Below are positions 38,881-53,000 of a stretch of 64,000 nucleotides of DNA, in pieces. The first letter of the stretch is position 1; every line of letters begins with the position of its first letter. The stretch is from Eledone cirrhosa (taxonomy: Eukaryota), in NCBI GenBank assembly GCA_964016885.1, contig OZ024742.1, positions 166,408,001 to 166,472,000 of the forward strand, written 5' to 3'. Under the pieces are notes generated by a model. That model worked only from the letters and a program-made list of their open reading frames with translations, did not search any database and was not told the origin of the DNA. The translations under genes and the position numbers were made by a program.

Positions 38881-41800
38881 GTAAAAAAAATCAGGGGGAG
38901 ATAATTTGTAAAAACAAATCAAGGGGAGATAATTTCCAGCCGTCCAAGGGGAGATAATTTTCAGCCGCCCAAGGGGAGATAATTTCCCGCCAGCCAAGGG
39001 AAGATAATATTTAAAAAATCAGGCGGAGATAATTTGTAAAAAAAATCAGGGGGAGATAATTTGTAAAAAAATCAGGGGGAGATAATTTGTAAAAAAAAAA
39101 TCAGGGGGAGATAATTTGTAAAAAAAATCAGGGGGAGATGATTTGTAAAAAAAATCAGGGGTAGATAATTTGTAAAAAAAAATCAGGGGGAGATAATTTG
39201 TAAAAAAAAATCAGGGGGAGATAATTTGTAAAAAAAATCAAGAGGAGATAATTTCCAGCCGTCCAAGGGGAGATAATTTTCAGCCGTCCAAGGGGAGATA
39301 ATTTCCAGCCGTCCAAGGGGAGATAATTTCCATCCTTCCAAGGGGAGATAATTTCCAGCCGTCCAAGGGGAGATAATTTCCCGCCAACCAAGGGAAGATA
39401 ATTTTTAAAAAAATCAGGCGGAGATTGTAAAAAAAATCAGGGGGAGATAATTTGTAAAAAAATCAGGGGGAGATAATTTGTAAAAAAAAAATCAGGGGGA
39501 GATAATTTGTAAAAAAAATCAGGGGGAGATAATTTGTAAAAAAAAATCAAGGGGAGATAATTTGTACAAAAAATCAGGGGTATATAATTTGTAAAAAAAA
39601 ATCAGGGGGAGATAATTTGTAAAAAAAAATCAGGGGGAGATAATTTGTAAAAAAAATCAAGGGGAGATAATTTGCAGCCGTCCAAGGGGAGATAATTTTC
39701 AGCCGTCCAAGGAGAGGTAATTTCTAGCCGTCCAAGGTGAGATAATATCCACCGTCCAAGGGGAGATAATTTCCAGCCGTCCAAGGGGAGATAATTTTAA
39801 AAAAAAAACAGGCGAAGATAATTTGTAAAAAAAAAATCAGGGGGAGATAATTTGTAAAAAAAAATCAGGGGGAGATAATTTGTAAAAAAAATCAGGGGGA
39901 GATAATTTGTAAAAAAAAATCAGGGGGAGATAATTTGTAAAAAAAAATCAGGGGGAGATAATTTGTAAAAAAAATTAAGGGGAGATAATTTGTAAAAAAA
40001 AATCAAGGGGAGATAATTTCCAGCCGTCCAAGGAGAGGTAATTTCTAGACGTCCAAGGGGAGATAATTTCCAGCCGTCCAAGGGGAGATAATTTCCAGCC
40101 GTCCAAGGGTAGATAATATCCAGCCGTCCAAGGAGACATATTTTCCAGCTTTCCAAGGAGAGGTAATTTCTAGCCGTCCAAGGGGAGATAAATTCCAGCC
40201 TCCAAGGGGAGATAATTTCCAGCCAGCCAAGGGGAGATAATTTGTAAAAAAAATCAGGGGGAGATAATTTGTAAAAAAAATCAGGGGGAGATAATTTGTA
40301 AAAAAAATCAGGGGGAGATAATTTCCAGCCGTCCAAGGGGAGATAATTTTCAGCCGTCCAAGGGGAGATAATTTCCCGCCAGCCAAGGGAAGATAATATT
40401 TAAAAAATGAGGCGGAGATAATTTGTAAAAAAAATCAGGGGGAGATAATTTGTAAAAAAATGAGGGGGAGATAATTTGTAAAAAAAAAATCAGGGGGAGA
40501 TAATTTGTAAAAAAAATCAGGGGGAGATAATTTGTAAAAAAAAATCAGGGGTAGATAATTTGTAAAAAAAAATCAGGGGGAGATAATTTGTAAAAAAAAT
40601 CAGGGGGAGATAATTTATAAAAAAAATCAAGGGGAGATAATTTCCAGCCGTCCAAGGGAAGATAATTTCAAGCCCTCCAAGGGGCTATAATTTCCAGTGT
40701 CCAAGGGGAGATAATTTCCAGCCAGCGAAGGGGAGATAATTTTTTTTTAAAAATCAGGGGGAGATTTGTAAAAAAAATCAGGGGGAGATAATTTGTAAAA
40801 AAAATCAAAGGGAGATAATTTCCAGCCGTCCAAAGAGATAATTTCTAGCCGTCCAAGGGGAGATAATTTCGAGCCAAGGGGAGATAATTTCCAGCCGTCC
40901 AAGGGGAGATAATTTTTTAAAAAATCAGGTGGAGATAATTTGTAAAAAAAATCAGGGGGAGATAATTTGTAAAAACAAAATCAAGGGGAGATAATTTCCA
41001 GCTGTCCAAGGGGAGATAATTTCCAGCCGTGCAAGGGGAGATAATTTCCAGCCGTCCAAGGGGAGATAATTTCCATCCTTCCAAGGGCAGATAATTTCCA
41101 GCCGTCCAAGGGGAGATAATTTCCCGCCAGCCAAGGGAAGATAATTTTTTAAAAAATCAGGCGGAGATTGTAAAAAAAATCAGGGGGAGATAATTTGTAA
41201 AAAAATCAGGGGGAGATAATTTGTAAAAAAATCAAGGGGAGATAATTTCCAGCTGTCCAAGGGGAGGTAATATCTAGCCGTCCAAGGGGAGATAATTTCC
41301 AGCCGTCCAAGGGGAGATAATTTCCAGCCGTCCAAGGGTAGATAATATCCAGCCGTCCAAGGAGACATATTTTCCAGCCGTCCAAGGAGAGGTAATTTCT
41401 AGCCGTCCAAGTGGAGATAAATTCCAGCCTCCAAGGGGAGATAATTTCCAGCCAGCCAAGGGGAGATAATTTGTAAAAAAATCAGGGGGAGATAATTTGT
41501 AAAAAAAATCAGGGGGAGATAATTTGTAAAAAAAAATCAGGGGGAGATAATTTGTAAAAAAAATCAGGGGGAGATAATTTGTAAAAAAAATCAAGGGGAG
41601 ATAATTTCCAGCCGTCCAAGGGGAGATAATTTTCAGCCGTCCAAGGGGAGATAATTTCCCGCCAGCCAAGGGAAGATAATATTTAAAAAATGAGGCGGAG
41701 ATAATTTGTAAAAAAAAATCAGGGGTAGATAATTTGTAAAAAAAATCAGGGGGAGATAATTTGTAAAAAAAATCAAGGGGAGATAATTTCCAGCCGTCCA

Positions 41801-44800
41801 AGGAGAGATAATTTTTAAAAAAAATCAGGCGGAGATAATTTGTAAAAAAAAAATCAGGGGGAGATAATTTGTAAAAAAAAATCAGGGGGAGATAATTTGT
41901 AAAAAAAATCAAGGGGAGATAATTTCCAGCCGTCCAAGGGGAGATAATTTTCAGCCGTCCAAGGGGAGATAATTTCCAGCCGTCCAAGGGGAGATAATTT
42001 AAAAAAAAAATCAGGCGGAGATAATTTGTAAAAAAAATCAAGGGGAGATAATTTGCAACCGTCCAAGGGGACATAATTTTCAGTCGTCCAAGGAGAGGTA
42101 ATTTCTAGCCGTACAAGGGGAGATAATTTCCAGCCGTCCAAGGGGAGATAATTTCCAGCCGTCCAAGGGGAGATAATTTTTTTTTAAAAATCAGGCGGAG
42201 ATAATTTGTAAAAAAAAAATCAGGGGGAGATAATTTGTAAAAAAAAATCAGGGGGAGATAATTTGTAAAAAAAAATCAGGGGGAGATAATTTCTAAAAAA
42301 ATCAAGGGGAGATAATATGCAGCCGTCCAAGGGGAGATAATTTTCAGCCGTCCAAGGAGAGGTAATTTCTAGCCGTCCAAGGGGAGATAATTTCCAGCCG
42401 TCCAAGGGGAGATAATTTCCAGCCGTCCAAGGGGAGATAGTTTTTTTAAAAAAATCAGGCGGAGATAATTTGTAAAAAAAAAATCAGGGGGAAATAATTT
42501 GTAAAAAAAAATCAGGGGGAGATAATTTGTAAAAAAAAATCAGGGGGAGATAATTTGTAAAAAAAATCAGGGGGAGATAATTAGTAAAAAAAATCAAGGG
42601 GAGATAATTTCCAGCCGTCCAAGGGGAGGTAATATCTAGCCGTCCAAGGGGAGATAATTTCCAGCCGTCCAAGGGGAGATAATTTCCAGCCGTCCAAGGG
42701 TAGATAATATCCAGCCGTCCAAGTAGACATATTTTCCAGCCGTCCAAGGAGAGGTAATTTCTAGCCGTCCAAGGGGAGATAAATTCCAGCCTCCAAGGGG
42801 AGATAATTTCCAGCCAGCCAAGGGGAGATAATTTGTAAAAAAATCAGGGGGAGATAATTTGTAAAAAAAATCAGGGGGAGATAATTTGTAAAAAAAAATC
42901 AGGGGGAGATAATTTGTAAAAAAAAAATCAGGGGGAGATAATTTGTAAAAAAAATCAGGGGGAGATAATTTGTAAAAACAAATCAAGGGGAGATAATTTC
43001 CAGCCGTCCAAGGGGAGATAATTTTCAGCCGCCCAAGGGGAGATAATTTCCCGCCAGCCAAGGGAAGATAATATTTAAAAAATCAGGCGGAGATAATTTG
43101 TAAAAAAAATCAGGGGGAGATAATTTGTAAAAAAATCAGGGGGAGATAATTTGTAAAAACAATCAGGGGGAGATAATTTGTAAAAAAAATCAGGGGGAGA
43201 TGATTTGTAAAAAAAATCAGGGGTAGATAATTTGTAAAAAAAAATCAGGGGGAGATAATTTGTAAAAAAAAATCAGGGGGAGATAATTTGTAAAAAAAAT
43301 CAAGAGGAGATAATTTCCAGCCGTCCAAGGGGAGATAATTTTCAGCCGTCCAAGGGGAGATAATTTCCAGCCGTCCAAGGGGAGATAATTTCCATCCTTC
43401 CAAGGGGAGATAATTTCCAGCCGTCCAAGGGGAGATAATTTCCCGCCAACCAAGGGAAGATAATTTTTAAAAAAATCAGGCGGAGATTGTAAAAAAAATC
43501 AGGGGGAGATAATTTGTAAAAAAATCAGGGGGAGATAATTTGTAAAAAAAAAATCAGGGGGAGATAATTTGTAAAAAAAATCAGGGGGAGATAATTTGTA
43601 AAAAAAAATCAAGGGGAGATAATTTGTACAAAAAATCAGGGGTATATAATTTGTAAAAAAAAATCAGGGGGAGATAATTTGTAAAAAAAAATCAGGGGGA
43701 GATAATTTGTAAAAAAAATCAAGGGGAGATAATTTGCAGCCGTCCAAGGGGAGATAATTTTCAGCCGTCCAAGGAGAGGTAATTTCTAGCCGTCCAAGGT
43801 GAGATAATATCCAGCCGTCCAAGGGGAGATAATTTCCAGCCGTCCAAGGGGAGATAATTTAAAAAAAAAAACAGGCGAAGATAATTTGTAAAAAAAAAAT
43901 CAGGGGGAGATAATTTGTAAAAAAAAATCAGGGGGAGATAATTTGTAAAAAAAATCAGGGGGAGGTAATTTGTAAAAAAAATCAAGGGGAGATAATTTCC
44001 AGCCGTCCAAGGGAAGATAATTTCCAGCCCTCCAAGGGGCTATAATTTCCAGCGTCCAAGGGGAGATAATTTCCAGCCAGCGAAGGGGAGATAATTTTTT
44101 TTTTTTTAAATCAGGGGGACATAATTTGTAAAAAAAAATCAGGGGGAGATAATTTGTAAAAAAAATCAAGGGGAGATAATTTGTAAAAAAAAATCAGGGG
44201 GAGATAATTTGTAAAAAAAAATCAGGGGGAGATAATTTGTAAAAAAAATTAAGGGGAGATAATTTGTAAAAAAAAATCAAGGGGAGATAATTTCCAGCCG
44301 TCCAAGGAGAGGTAATTTCTAGACGTCCAAGGGGAGATAATTTCCAGCCGTCCAAGGGGAGATAATTTCCAGCCGTCCAAGGGTAGATAATATCCAGCCG
44401 TCCAAGGAGACATATTTTCCAGCTTTCCAAGGAGAGGTAATTTCTAGCCGTCCAAGGGGAGATAAATTCCAGCCTCCAAGGGGAGATAATTTCCAGCCAG
44501 CCAAGGGGAGATAATTTGTAAAAAAAATCAGGGGGAGATAATTTGTAAAAAAAATCAGGGGGAGATAATTTGTAAAAAAAATCAGGGGGAGATAATTTCC
44601 AGCCGTCCAAGGGGAGATAATTTTCAGCCGTCCAAGGGGAGATAATTTCCCGCCAGCCAAGCGAAGATAATATTTAAAAAATGAGGCGGAGATAATTTGT
44701 AAAAAAAATCAGGGGGAGATAATTTGTAAAAAAATCAGGGGGAGATAATTTGTAAAAAAAAAATCAGGGGGAGATAATTTGTAAAAAAAATCAGGGGGAG

Positions 44801-45860
44801 ATAATTTGTAAAAAAAATCAGGGGTAGATAATTTTTAAAAAAAAATCAGGGGGAGATAATTTGTAAAAAAAATCAGGGGGAGATAATTTATAAAAAAAAT
44901 CAAGGGGAGATAATTTCCAGCCGTCCAAGGGAAGATAATTTCAAGCCCTCCAAGGGGCTATAATTTCCAGTGTCCAAGGGGAGATAATTTCCAGCCAGCG
45001 AAGGGGAGATAATTTTTTTTTAAAAATCAGGGGGAGATTTGTAAAAAAAATCAGGGGGAGATAATTTGTAAAAAAAATCAAAGGGAGATAATTTCCAGCC
45101 GTCCAAAGAGATAATTTCTAGCCGTCCAAGGGGAGATAATTTCGAGCCAAGGGGAGATAATTTCCAGCCGTCCAAGGGGAGATAATTTTTTAAAAAATCA
45201 GGTGGAGATAATTTGTAAAAAAAATCAGGGGGAGATAATTTGTAAAAACAAAATCAAGGGCAGATAATTTCCAGCTGTCCAAGGGGAGATAAATTCCAGC
45301 CGTGCAAGGGGAGATAATTTCCAGCCGTCCAAGGGGAGATAATTTCCATCCTTCCAAGGGGAGATAATTTCCAGCCGTCCAAGGGGAGATAATTTCCCGC
45401 CAGCCAAGGGAAGATAATTTTTTAAAAAATCAGGCGGAGATTGTAAAAAAAATCAGGGGGAGATAATTTGTAAAAAAATCAGGGGTAGATAATTTGTAAA
45501 AAAATCAAGGGGAGATAATTTCCAGCTGTCCAAGGGGAGGTAATATCTAGCCGTCCAAGGGGAGATAATTTCCAGCCGTCCAAGGGGAGATAATTTCCAG
45601 CCGTCCAAGGGTAGATAATATCCAGCCGTCCAAGGAGACATATTTTCCAGCCGTCCAAGGAGAGGTAATTTCTAGCCGTCCAAGTGGAGATAAATTCCAG
45701 CCTCCAAGGGGAGATAATTTCCAGCCAGCCAAGGGGAGATAATTTGTAAAAAAATCAGGGGGAGATAATTTGTAAAAAAAATCAGGGGGAGATAATTTGT
45801 AAAAAAAAATCAGGGGGAGATAATTTGTAAAAAAAATCAGGGGGAGATAATTTGTAAAAA
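38880..45860. repeat. About 4.27 kb higher-order repeat, first domain (about 1.6 copies; the first copy is about 212 bp shorter)
   Basis: ORF offsets 39155/43217 (4062), then 39920/44194 (4274), 40952/45225 and 41180/45453 (4273). Confidence 0.8.
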
Positions 45861-47099
45861 AAATCAAGGGGAGATAATTTCCAGCCGTCCAAGGAGAGAT
45901 AATTTTTAAAAAAAATCAGGCGGAGATAATTTGTAAAAAAAAAATCAGGGGGAGATAATTTGTAAAAAAAAATCAGGGGGAGATAATTTGTAAAAAAAAT
46001 CAAGGGGAGATAATTTCCAGCCGTCCAAGGGGAGATAATTTTCAGCCGTCCAAGGGGAGATAATTTCCAGCCGTCCAAGGGGAAATAATTTAAAAAAAAA
46101 TCAGGCGGAGATAATTTGTAAAAAAAATCAAGGGGAGATAATTTGCAACCGTCCAAGGGGACATAATTTTCAGTCGTCCAAGGAGAGGTAATTTCTAGCC
46201 GTACAAGGGGAGATAATTTCCAGCCGTCCAAGGGGAGATAATTTCCAGCCGTCCAAGGGGAGATAATTTTTTTTTAAAAATCAGGCGGAGATAATTTGTA
46301 AAAAAAAAATCAGGGGGAGATAATTTGTAAAAAAAAATCAGGGGGAGATAATTTGTAAAAAAAAATCAGGGGGAGATAATTTGTAAAAAAAATCAAGGGG
46401 AGATAATTTCCAGCCGTCCAAGGGAAGATAATTTCCAGCCCTCCAAGGGGCTATAATTTCCAGCGTCCAAGGGGAGATAATTTCCAGCCAGCGAAGGGGA
46501 GATAATTGTTTTAAAAAAATCATTGGGAGATTTGTAAAAAAAATCAGGGGGAGATAATTAATAAAAAAAATCAAGGGGAGATAATTTTCAGCCGTCCAAG
46601 GGGAGGTAATATCTAGCCGTCCAAGGGGAGATAATTTCCAGCCGTCCAAGGGGAGATAATTTCCAGCCGTCCAAGGGTAGATAATATCCAGCCGTCCAAG
46701 GAGACATATTTTCCAGCCGTCCAAGGAGAGGTAATTTCTAGCCGTCCAAGGGGAGATAAATTCCAGCCTCCAAGGGGAGATAATTTCCAGCCAGCCAAGG
46801 GGAGATAATTTGTAAAAAAATCAGGGGGAGATAATTTGTAAAAAAAATCAGGGGTAGATAATTTGTAAAAAAAAATCAGGGGGAGATAATTTGTAAAAAA
46901 AATCAAGGGGAGATAATTTCCAGCCGTCCAAGGAGAGATAATTTTAAAAAAAAATCAGGCGGAGATAATTTGTAAAAAAAAATCAGGGGGAGATAATTTG
47001 TAAAAAAAAATCAGGGGGAGATAATTTGTAAAAAAAATCAAGGGGAGATAATTTCCAGCCGTCCAAGGGGAGATAATTTCCAGCCGTCCAAGGGGAGAT

Positions 47100-50000
47100 A
47101 ATTTTTAAAAAAAAATCAGGCGGAGATAATTTGTAAAAAAAATCAGGGGGAGATAATTTGTAAAAAAAAATCAGGGGGAGATAATTTGTAAAAAAAAATC
47201 AGGGGGAGATAATTTCCAGCCGTCCAAGGTAAGATAATTTCCAGCCCTCCAAGGGGCTATAATTTCCAGCCGTCCAAGGGTAGATAATATCCAGCCGTCC
47301 AAGTAGACATATTTTCCAGCCGTTCAAGGAGAGGTAATTTCTAGCCGTCCAAGGGGAGATAAATTCCAGCCTCCAAGGGGAGATAATTTCCAGCCAGCCA
47401 AGGGGAGATAATTTGTAAAAAAATCAGGGGGAGATAATTTGTAAAAAAAATCAGGGGGAGATAATTTGTAAAAAAAAATCAGGGGGAGATAATTTGTAAA
47501 AAAAAATCAGGGGGAGATAATTTGTAAAAAAAAATCAGGGGGAGATAATTTGTAAAAAAAATCAAGGGGAGATAATTTCCAGCCGTCCAAGGGGAGATAA
47601 TTTTCAGCCGTCCAAGGGGAGATAATTTCCAGCCGTCCAAGGGGAGATAATTTCCATCCTTCCAAGGGGAGATAATTTCCAGCCGTCCAAGGGGAGATAA
47701 TTTTCAGCCGTCCAAGGGGAGATAATTTCCCGCCAGCCAAGGGAAGATAATATTTTAAAAAATCAGGCGGAGATAATTTGTAAAAAAAATCAGGGGGAGA
47801 TAATTTGTAAAAAAATCAGGGGGAGATAATTTGTAAAAAAAAAATCAGGGGGAGATAATTTGTAAAAAAAATCAGGGGGAGATAATTTGTAAAAAAAAAT
47901 CAGGGGTAGATAATTTGTAAAAAAAAATCAGGGGGAGATAATTTGTAAAAAAAAATCAGGGGGAGATAATTTGTAAAAAAAATCAGGGGGAGATAATTTG
48001 TAAAAAAAAATCAGGGGGAGATAATTTCCGGCCGTCCAAGGGGAGATAATTTTCAGCCGTCCAAGGGGAGATAATTTCCCGCCAGCCAAGGGAAGATAAT
48101 ATTTAAAAAAATCAGGCGGAGATAATTTGTAAAAAAAATCAGGGGGAGATAATTTGTAAAAAAATCAGGGGGAGATAATTTGTAAAAAAAATCAAGGGGA
48201 GATAATTTCCAGCCGTCCAAGGGGAGGTAATATCTAGCCGTCCAAGGGGAGATAATTTCCAGCCGTCCAAGTGGAGATAATTTCCAGCCGTCCAAGGGTA
48301 GATAATATCCAGCCGTCCAAGGAGACATATTTTCCAGCCGTCCAAGGAGAGGTAATTTCTAGCCGTCCAAGGGGAGATAAATTCCAGCCTCCAAGGGGAG
48401 ATAATTTCCAGCCAGCCAAGGGGAGATAATTTGTAAAAAAAATCAGGGGGAGATAATTTGTAAAAAAAATCAGGGGGAGATAATTTGTAAAAAAATCAGG
48501 GGGAGATAATTTGTAAAAAAAAAATCAGGGGGAGATAATTTGTAAAAAAAATCAGGGGGAGATGATTTGTAAAAAAAAATCAGGGGTAGATAATTTGTAA
48601 AAAAAAATCAGGGGGTGATAATTTGTAAAAAAAAATCAGGGGGAGATAATTTGTAAAAAAAATCAAGGGGAGATAATTTCCAGCCGTCGAAGGGAAGATA
48701 ATTTCCAGCCCTCCAAGGGGCTATAATTTCCAGCGTCCAAGGGGAGATAATTTCCAGCCGTCCAAGGGGAGATAATTTCCAGCCGTCCAAGGGTAGATAA
48801 TATCCAGCCGTCCAAGTAGACATTTTCCAGCCGTCCAAGGAGAGGTAATTTCTAGCCGTCCAAGGGGAGATAAATTCCAGCCTCCAAGGGGAGATAATTT
48901 CCAGCCAGCCAAGGGGAGATAATTTGTAAAAAAATCAGGGGGAGATAATTTGTAAAAAAAATCAGGGGGAGATAATTTGTAAAAAAAAATCAGGGGGAGA
49001 TAATTTGTAAAAACAATCAGGGGGAGATAATTTGTAAAAAAAATCAGGGGGAGATAATTTGTAAAAAAAATCAAGGGGAGATAATTTCCAGCCGTCCAAG
49101 GGGAGATAATTTTCAGCCGTCCAAGGGGAGATAATTTCCAGCCGTCCAAGGGGAGATAATTTCCATCCTTCCAAGGGGAGATAATTTCCAGCCGTCCAAG
49201 GGGAGATAATTTTCAGCCGTCCAAGGGGAGATAATTTCCCGCCAGCCAAGGGAAGATAATATTTTAAAAAATCAGGCGGAGATAATTTGTAAAAAAAATC
49301 AGGGGGAGATAATTTGTAAAAAAATCAGGGGGAGATAATTTGTAAAAAAAAAATCAGGGGGAGATAATTTGTAAAAAAAATCAGGGGGAGATAATTTGTA
49401 AAAAAAAATCAGGGGTAGATAATTTGTAAAAAAAAATCAGGGGGAGATAATTTGTAAAAAAAAAATCAGGGGGAGATAATTTGTAAAAAAAATCAAGGGG
49501 AGATAATTTCCAGCCGTCCAAGGAGAGATAATTTTTAAAAAAAATCAGGCGGAGATAATTTGTAAAAAAAAATCAAGGGGAGATAATTTGTAAAAAAAAA
49601 TCAAGGGGAGATAATTTGTAAAAATTCAAGGGGAGATAATTTCCAGCCGTCCAAGGGAAGATAATTTCCAGCACTCCAAGGGGCTATAATTTCCAGTGTC
49701 CAAGGGGAGATAATTTCCAGCCAGCGAAGGGGAGATAATTTTTTTAAAAAAATCAGGAGGAGATATGTAAAAAAAATCAGAGGGAGATAATTTCTAAAAA
49801 AAATCAAAGGGAGATAATTTCCAGCCGTCCAAAGAGAGATAATTTCTAGCCGTCCAAGGGGAGATAATTTCCAGCCAAGGGGAGATAATTTCCAGCCGTC
49901 CAAGGGGAGATAATTATTTAAAAAATCAGGTGGAGATAATTTGTAAAAAAAATCAGGGGGAGATAATTTGTAAAAACAAAATCAAGGGCAGATAATTTCC

Positions 50001-53000
50001 AGCTGTCCAAGGGGAGATAATTTCCAGCCGTGCAAGGGGAGATAATTTCCAGCCGTCCAAGGGGAGATAATTTCCATCCTTCCAAGGGGAGATAATGTCC
50101 AGCCGTCCAAGGGGAGATAATTTCCCGCCAGCCAAGGGAAGATAATTTTTAAAAAAATCAGGCGGAGATTGTAAAAAAAATCAGGGGGAGATAATTTGTA
50201 AAAAAAAAATCAGGGGGAGATAATTTGTAAAAAAAATCAGGGGTAGATAATTTGTAAAAAAAAATCAGGGGGAGATAATTTGTAAAAAAAAATCAGGGGG
50301 AGATAATTTCTAAAAAAATCAAGGGGAGATAATATGCAGCCGTCCAAGGGGAGATAATTTTCAGCCGTCCAAGGAGAGGTAATTTCTAGCCGTCCAAGGG
50401 GAGATAATTTCCAGCCGTCCAAGGGGAGATAATTTCCAGCCGTCCAAGGGGAGATAGTTTTTTTAAAAAAATCAGGCGGAGATAATTTGTAAAAAAAAAA
50501 TCAGGGGGAGATAATTTGTAAAAAAAAATCAGGGGGAGATAATTTGTAAAAAAAAATCAGGGGGAGATAATTTGTAAAAAAAATCAGGGGGAGATAATTA
50601 GTAAAAAAAATCAAGGGGAGATAATTTCCAGCCGTCCAAGGGGAGGTAATATCTAGCCGTCCAAGGGGAGATAATTTCCAGCCGTCCAAGGGGAGATAAT
50701 TTCCAGCCGTCCAAGGGTAGATAATATCCAGCCGTCCAAGTAGACATATTTTCCAGCCGTCCAAGGAGAGGTAATTTCTAGCCGTCCAAGGGGAGATAAA
50801 TTCCAGCCTCCAAGGGGAGATAATTTCCAGCCAGCCAAGGGGAGATAATTTGTAAAAAAATCAGGGGGAGATAATTTGTAAAAAAAATCAGGGGGAGATA
50901 ATTTGTAAAAAAAAATCAGGGGGAGATAATTTGTAAAAAAAAATCAGGGGGAGATAATTTGTAAAAAAAATCAAGGGGAGATAATTTGTAAAAAAAAATC
51001 AGGGGGAGATAATTTGTAAAAAAAAATCAGGGGGAGATAATTTGTAAAAAAAAATCAGGGGGAGATAATTTGTAAAAAAAATCAAGGGGAGATAATTTCC
51101 AGCCGTCCAAGGAGAGATAATTTAAAAAAAAATCAGGCGGAGATAATTTGTAAAAAAAATCAGGGGGAGATAATTTGTAAAAAAAAATCAGGGGGAGATA
51201 ATTTGTAAAAAAAAATCAGGGGGAGATAATTTCCAGCCGTCCAAGGTAAGATAATTTCCAGCCCTCCAAGGGGCTATAATTTCCAGCCGTCCAAGGGTAG
51301 ATAATATCCAGCCGTCCAAGTAGACATATTTTCCAGCCGTTCAAGGAGAGGTAATTTCTAGCCGTCCAAGGGGAGATAAATTCCAGCCTCCAAGGGGAGA
51401 TAATTTCCAGCCAGCCAAGGGGAGATAATTTGTAAAAAAATCAGGGGGAGATAATTTGTAAAAAAAATCAGGGGGAGATAATTTGTAAAAAAAAATCAGG
51501 GGGAGATAATTTGTAAAAAAAAATCAGGGGGAGATAATTTGTAAAAAAAAATCAGGGGGAGATAATTTGTAAAAAAAATCAAGGGGAGATAATTTCCAGC
51601 CGTCCAAGGGGAGATAATTTTCAGCCGTCCAAGGGGAGATAATTTCCAGCCGTCCAAGGGGAGATAATTACCATCCTTCCAAGGGGAGATAATTTCCAGC
51701 CGTCCAAGGGGAGATAATTTTCAGCCGTCCAAGGGGAGATAATTTCCCGCCAGCCAAGGGAAGATAATATTTTAAAAAATCAGGCGGAGATAATTTGTAA
51801 AAAAAATCAGGGGGAGATAATTTGTAAAAAAATCAGGGGGAGATAATTTGTAAAAAAAAAATCAGGGGGAGATAATTTGTAAAAAAAATCAGGGGGAGAT
51901 AATTTGTAAAAAAAAATCAGGGGTAGATAATTTGTAAAAAAAAATCAGGGGGAGATAATTTGTAAAAAAAAATCAGGGGGAGATAATTTGTAAAAAAAAT
52001 CAGGGGGAGATAATTTGTAAAAAAAAATCAGGGGGAGATAATTTCCGGCCGTCCAAGGGGAGATAATTTTCAGCCGTCCAAGGGGAGATAATTTCCCGCC
52101 AGCCAAGGGAAGATAATATTTAAAAAAATCAGGCGGAGATAATTTGTAAAAAAAATCAGGGGGAGATAATTTGTAAAAAAATCAGGGGGAGATAATTTGT
52201 AAATAAAATCAAGGGGAGATAATTTCCAGCCGTCCAAGGGGAGGTAATATCTAGCCGTCCAAGCGGAGATAATTTCCAGCCGTCCAAGTGGAGATAATTT
52301 CCAGCCGTCCAAGGGTAGATAATATCCAGCCGTCCAAGGAGACATAATTTCCAGCCGTCCAAGGAGAGGTAATTTCTAGCCGTCCAAGGGGAGATAAATT
52401 CCAGCCTCCAAGGGGAGATAATTTCCAGCCAGCCAAGGGGAGATAATTTGTAAAAAAAATCAGGGGGAGATCATTTGTAAAAAAAATCAGGGGGAGATAA
52501 TTTGTAAAAAAATCAGGGGGAGATAATTTGTAAAAAAAAAATCAGGGGGAGATAATTTGTAAAAAAAATCAGGGGGAGATGATTTGTAAAAAAAAATCAG
52601 GGGTAGATAATTTGTAAAAAAAAATCAGGGGGTGATAATTTGTAAAAAAAAATCAGGGGGAGATAATTTGTAAAAAAAATCAAGGGGAGATAATTTCCAG
52701 CCGTCGAAGGGAAGATAATTTCCAGCCCTCCAAGGGGCTATAATTTCCAGCGTCCAAGAGGAGATAATTTCCAGCCGTCCAAGGGGAGATAATTTCCAGC
52801 CGTCCAAGGGTAGATAATATCCAGCCGTCCAAGTAGACATTTTCCAGCCGTCCAAGGAGAGGTAATTTCTAGCCGTCCAAGGGGAGATAAATTCCAGCCT
52901 CCAAGGGGAGATAATTTCCAGCCAGCCAAGGGGAGATAATTTGTAAAAAAATCAGGGGGAGATAATTTGTAAAAAAAATCAGGGGGAGATAATTTGTAAA

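Noticed and set aside
38650-38920. Phased A-tract intrinsic curvature (kinetoplast-like bent DNA)
   Set aside because: A-tracts recur every 26-29 bp (about 2.5-2.75 helical turns), not at multiples of about 10.5 bp, so successive bends would not add coherently.
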